From Squalus acanthias (Eukaryota), in assembly GCA_030390025.1 (NCBI GenBank), contig CM059432.1, forward strand, positions 118,112,001 through 118,176,000: a stretch of 64,000 nt of DNA, given 5' to 3'. Below, in pieces: positions 62,167 through 64,000 of this stretch (position 1 is the stretch's first letter; every line of letters starts with the position of its first letter). Below the pieces are notes generated by a model. That model searched no databases. It was not told where the DNA came from and saw only the letters and a program-made list of their open reading frames with translations. The translations under genes and the position numbers were made by a program.

Positions 62167-64000
62167 TTTTTATTTGTGGGATGTGGGTGTCGCTGGCAAG
62201 GCCAGCATTTATTGCCCTTGAGAAGGTGGTGGTGAGCTACCTTCTTGAACCACTGCAGTCCGTGTGGTTAAGGTACTCCCACAGTGCTGTTAGGGAGGGA
62301 GTTCCAGGATTTTGACCCAACGATGATGAAGGATCAGCGATATACTTCTAAGTCAGGATGGCGTGTGACTTGGAGGGGAACTTGGAGGTGGTGGTGTTCC
62401 CATGCGCCTGCTGCCCTTGTCCTTCTAGGTGGAAGAGGTCGCGGGTTTTGGAGGTGCTGCCAAAGAAGCCTTAACGAGTTGCTGCAGTGCATCTTGTAGA
62501 TGGTACACACTGCAGCCACGGTGCGCCAGTGGTGGAGGGAGTGAATGTTTAAGGTGGTGGATGGGGTGCCAATCAAGCGGGCTGCTTTGTCCTGGATGGT
62601 GTCGCGCTTCTTGAGTGTTGTTGGAGCTGCACTCATCCAGGCAAGTGGAGAGTATTCCATCACACTCCTTACTTGTGCATTGTAGATGGTGGAAAGGCTT
62701 TGGGGAGTCAGGAGGTGAGACACTCGCCGCAGAACACCTAGCCTCTGACCTGCTCTTGTTGCCACAGTATTTATGTGGCTGGTCCAGTTAAGTTTCTGGT
62801 CAATAGTGACCCCCAGGATGTTGATGGTGGGGGATTCGGCGATGGTAATGCTGTTGAATGTCAAGGGGTGGTGGTTAGACTCTCGCATGTTGCAGATAGT
62901 CATTGGCTGGCACTTGTGTGGCGCGAATGTTACTTGCCACTTATCAGCCCAAGCCTGAACATTGTCCAGGTCTTGTTTGCATGTGGGCATGGACTGCTTC
63001 ATTATCTGAGGAGTTGTGAATGGCACTGAACACTGTGCAGTCATCAGCAGACATCCCCATTTCAGCCTTATGATGGAGGGATGGTCATTGATGAAGCAGC
63101 TGAAGATGGTTGGGACTAGGACACTGCCCTGAGGAACTCCTGCAGCGATGCCCTGGGGCTATAATGATTGACGTTCAACCACCACAACCATCTTCTATTG
63201 TGCTAGGTATGACACCAGCCAGTGGAGAGGTTTCCCCCCGATTCCCATTTAGTTCAGTTTTACGAGGGCTCCTTGATGCCACACTCTGTCAAATGCTGCC
63301 TTGATGTCAAGGGCACTCACTCTCACCTCACCTCTGGAATTCAGCTCCTTTGTCCTTGTTTGGACCAAGGCTGTAATGAGGTCGGGAGCCGAGTAGTCTT
63401 GGCGGAACCCAAACTGGGCATCAGTGAGCAGATTATTGGTGATTAAGTGCTGCTTGATAGCACTGTCGATGACACCTTCCATCACTTTGCTGATGATTGA
63501 GAGTAAACTGATGGGGCAGTAATTGGCCGGATTGGATTTGTCCTGCTTTTTGTGGACAGGACATACCTGGGCAGTTTTCCACATTGTTGGATAGATGCCA
63601 ATGTTGTAGCTGTACTGGACCAGCGTGGCTCGAGGCGCGGCTAGTTCTGGAGCACAAGTCTTCAGCACGATAGCCGAAATATTGTCGGGGCCCACAAGCC
63701 TTTACTGTATCCTGTTCGCTCAGCCGTTTCTTGATATCACGTGGAGTGAATCGAATTGGCTGAAGATTGGCTTCTGTGATGGGGGGGACCTCAGGAGTAG
63801 GATCATCCACTCGGCACTTCTGGGTGAAGATGGTTGCAAAAGCTTCAGCCTTGTCTTTTGCACTCATGTGCTGGGCTCCACCATCATTGAGTATGGGGAT
63901 ATTCATGGAGCCTCCTCCTCCTGTTAGTTGTTTAGTGGTTCACCACCACCATTCACGACTGGATGTCACAGAACTTCAGAGCTTTGATCTAATCCATTGA
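62167..64000 (-). mobile_element. CR1/L2-group LINE of a second family (RT to 3' end), decayed, runs off the window
   Basis: GPDNISAIVLKTCAPELAAP, NYCPISLLS, QFGFR, ALDIKAAFDRVWHQG, ADDCTVF, WADKWQVTFAPHKC, QVRSVMEYSP. Confidence 0.9.

Noticed and set aside
1..64000. CRISPR arrays, prokaryotic operons, rRNA
   Set aside because: No regularly spaced repeats or dense gene organisation; the content is vertebrate-type transposon DNA.

Overview
Eukaryotic, repeat-saturated intronic or intergenic DNA. The repeat repertoire (abundant CR1 LINEs, a tRNA/Deu-domain SINE, Penelope-like elements, Harbinger transposons) suggests a cartilaginous fish; this is an inference. No host protein-coding gene could be identified. 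The window is a stack of nested insertions. (1) Many CR1 LINE copies, including a young 5'-truncated copy with an uninterrupted 690-codon RT ORF (21638-23710). (2) Two Penelope-like (GIY-YIG) families. One is a very young copy (37032-38762) with a 483-bp near-perfect inverted repeat, a 14-15 bp TSD and a minimal hammerhead ribozyme motif in each arm. The other family also left short hammerhead-bearing fragments. (3) A PIF/Harbinger system: two decayed two-gene elements (3-exon Myb/SANT gene plus a convergent DDE transposase) and about a dozen non-autonomous derivatives or MITEs with ~12-bp TIRs and variable 3-bp TSDs. (4) Two solo LTRs with 4-bp TSDs, plus SINEs and L2/CR1-group LINE fragments. 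Family names come from motif recognition only. Boundaries without a TSD or TIR are approximate.
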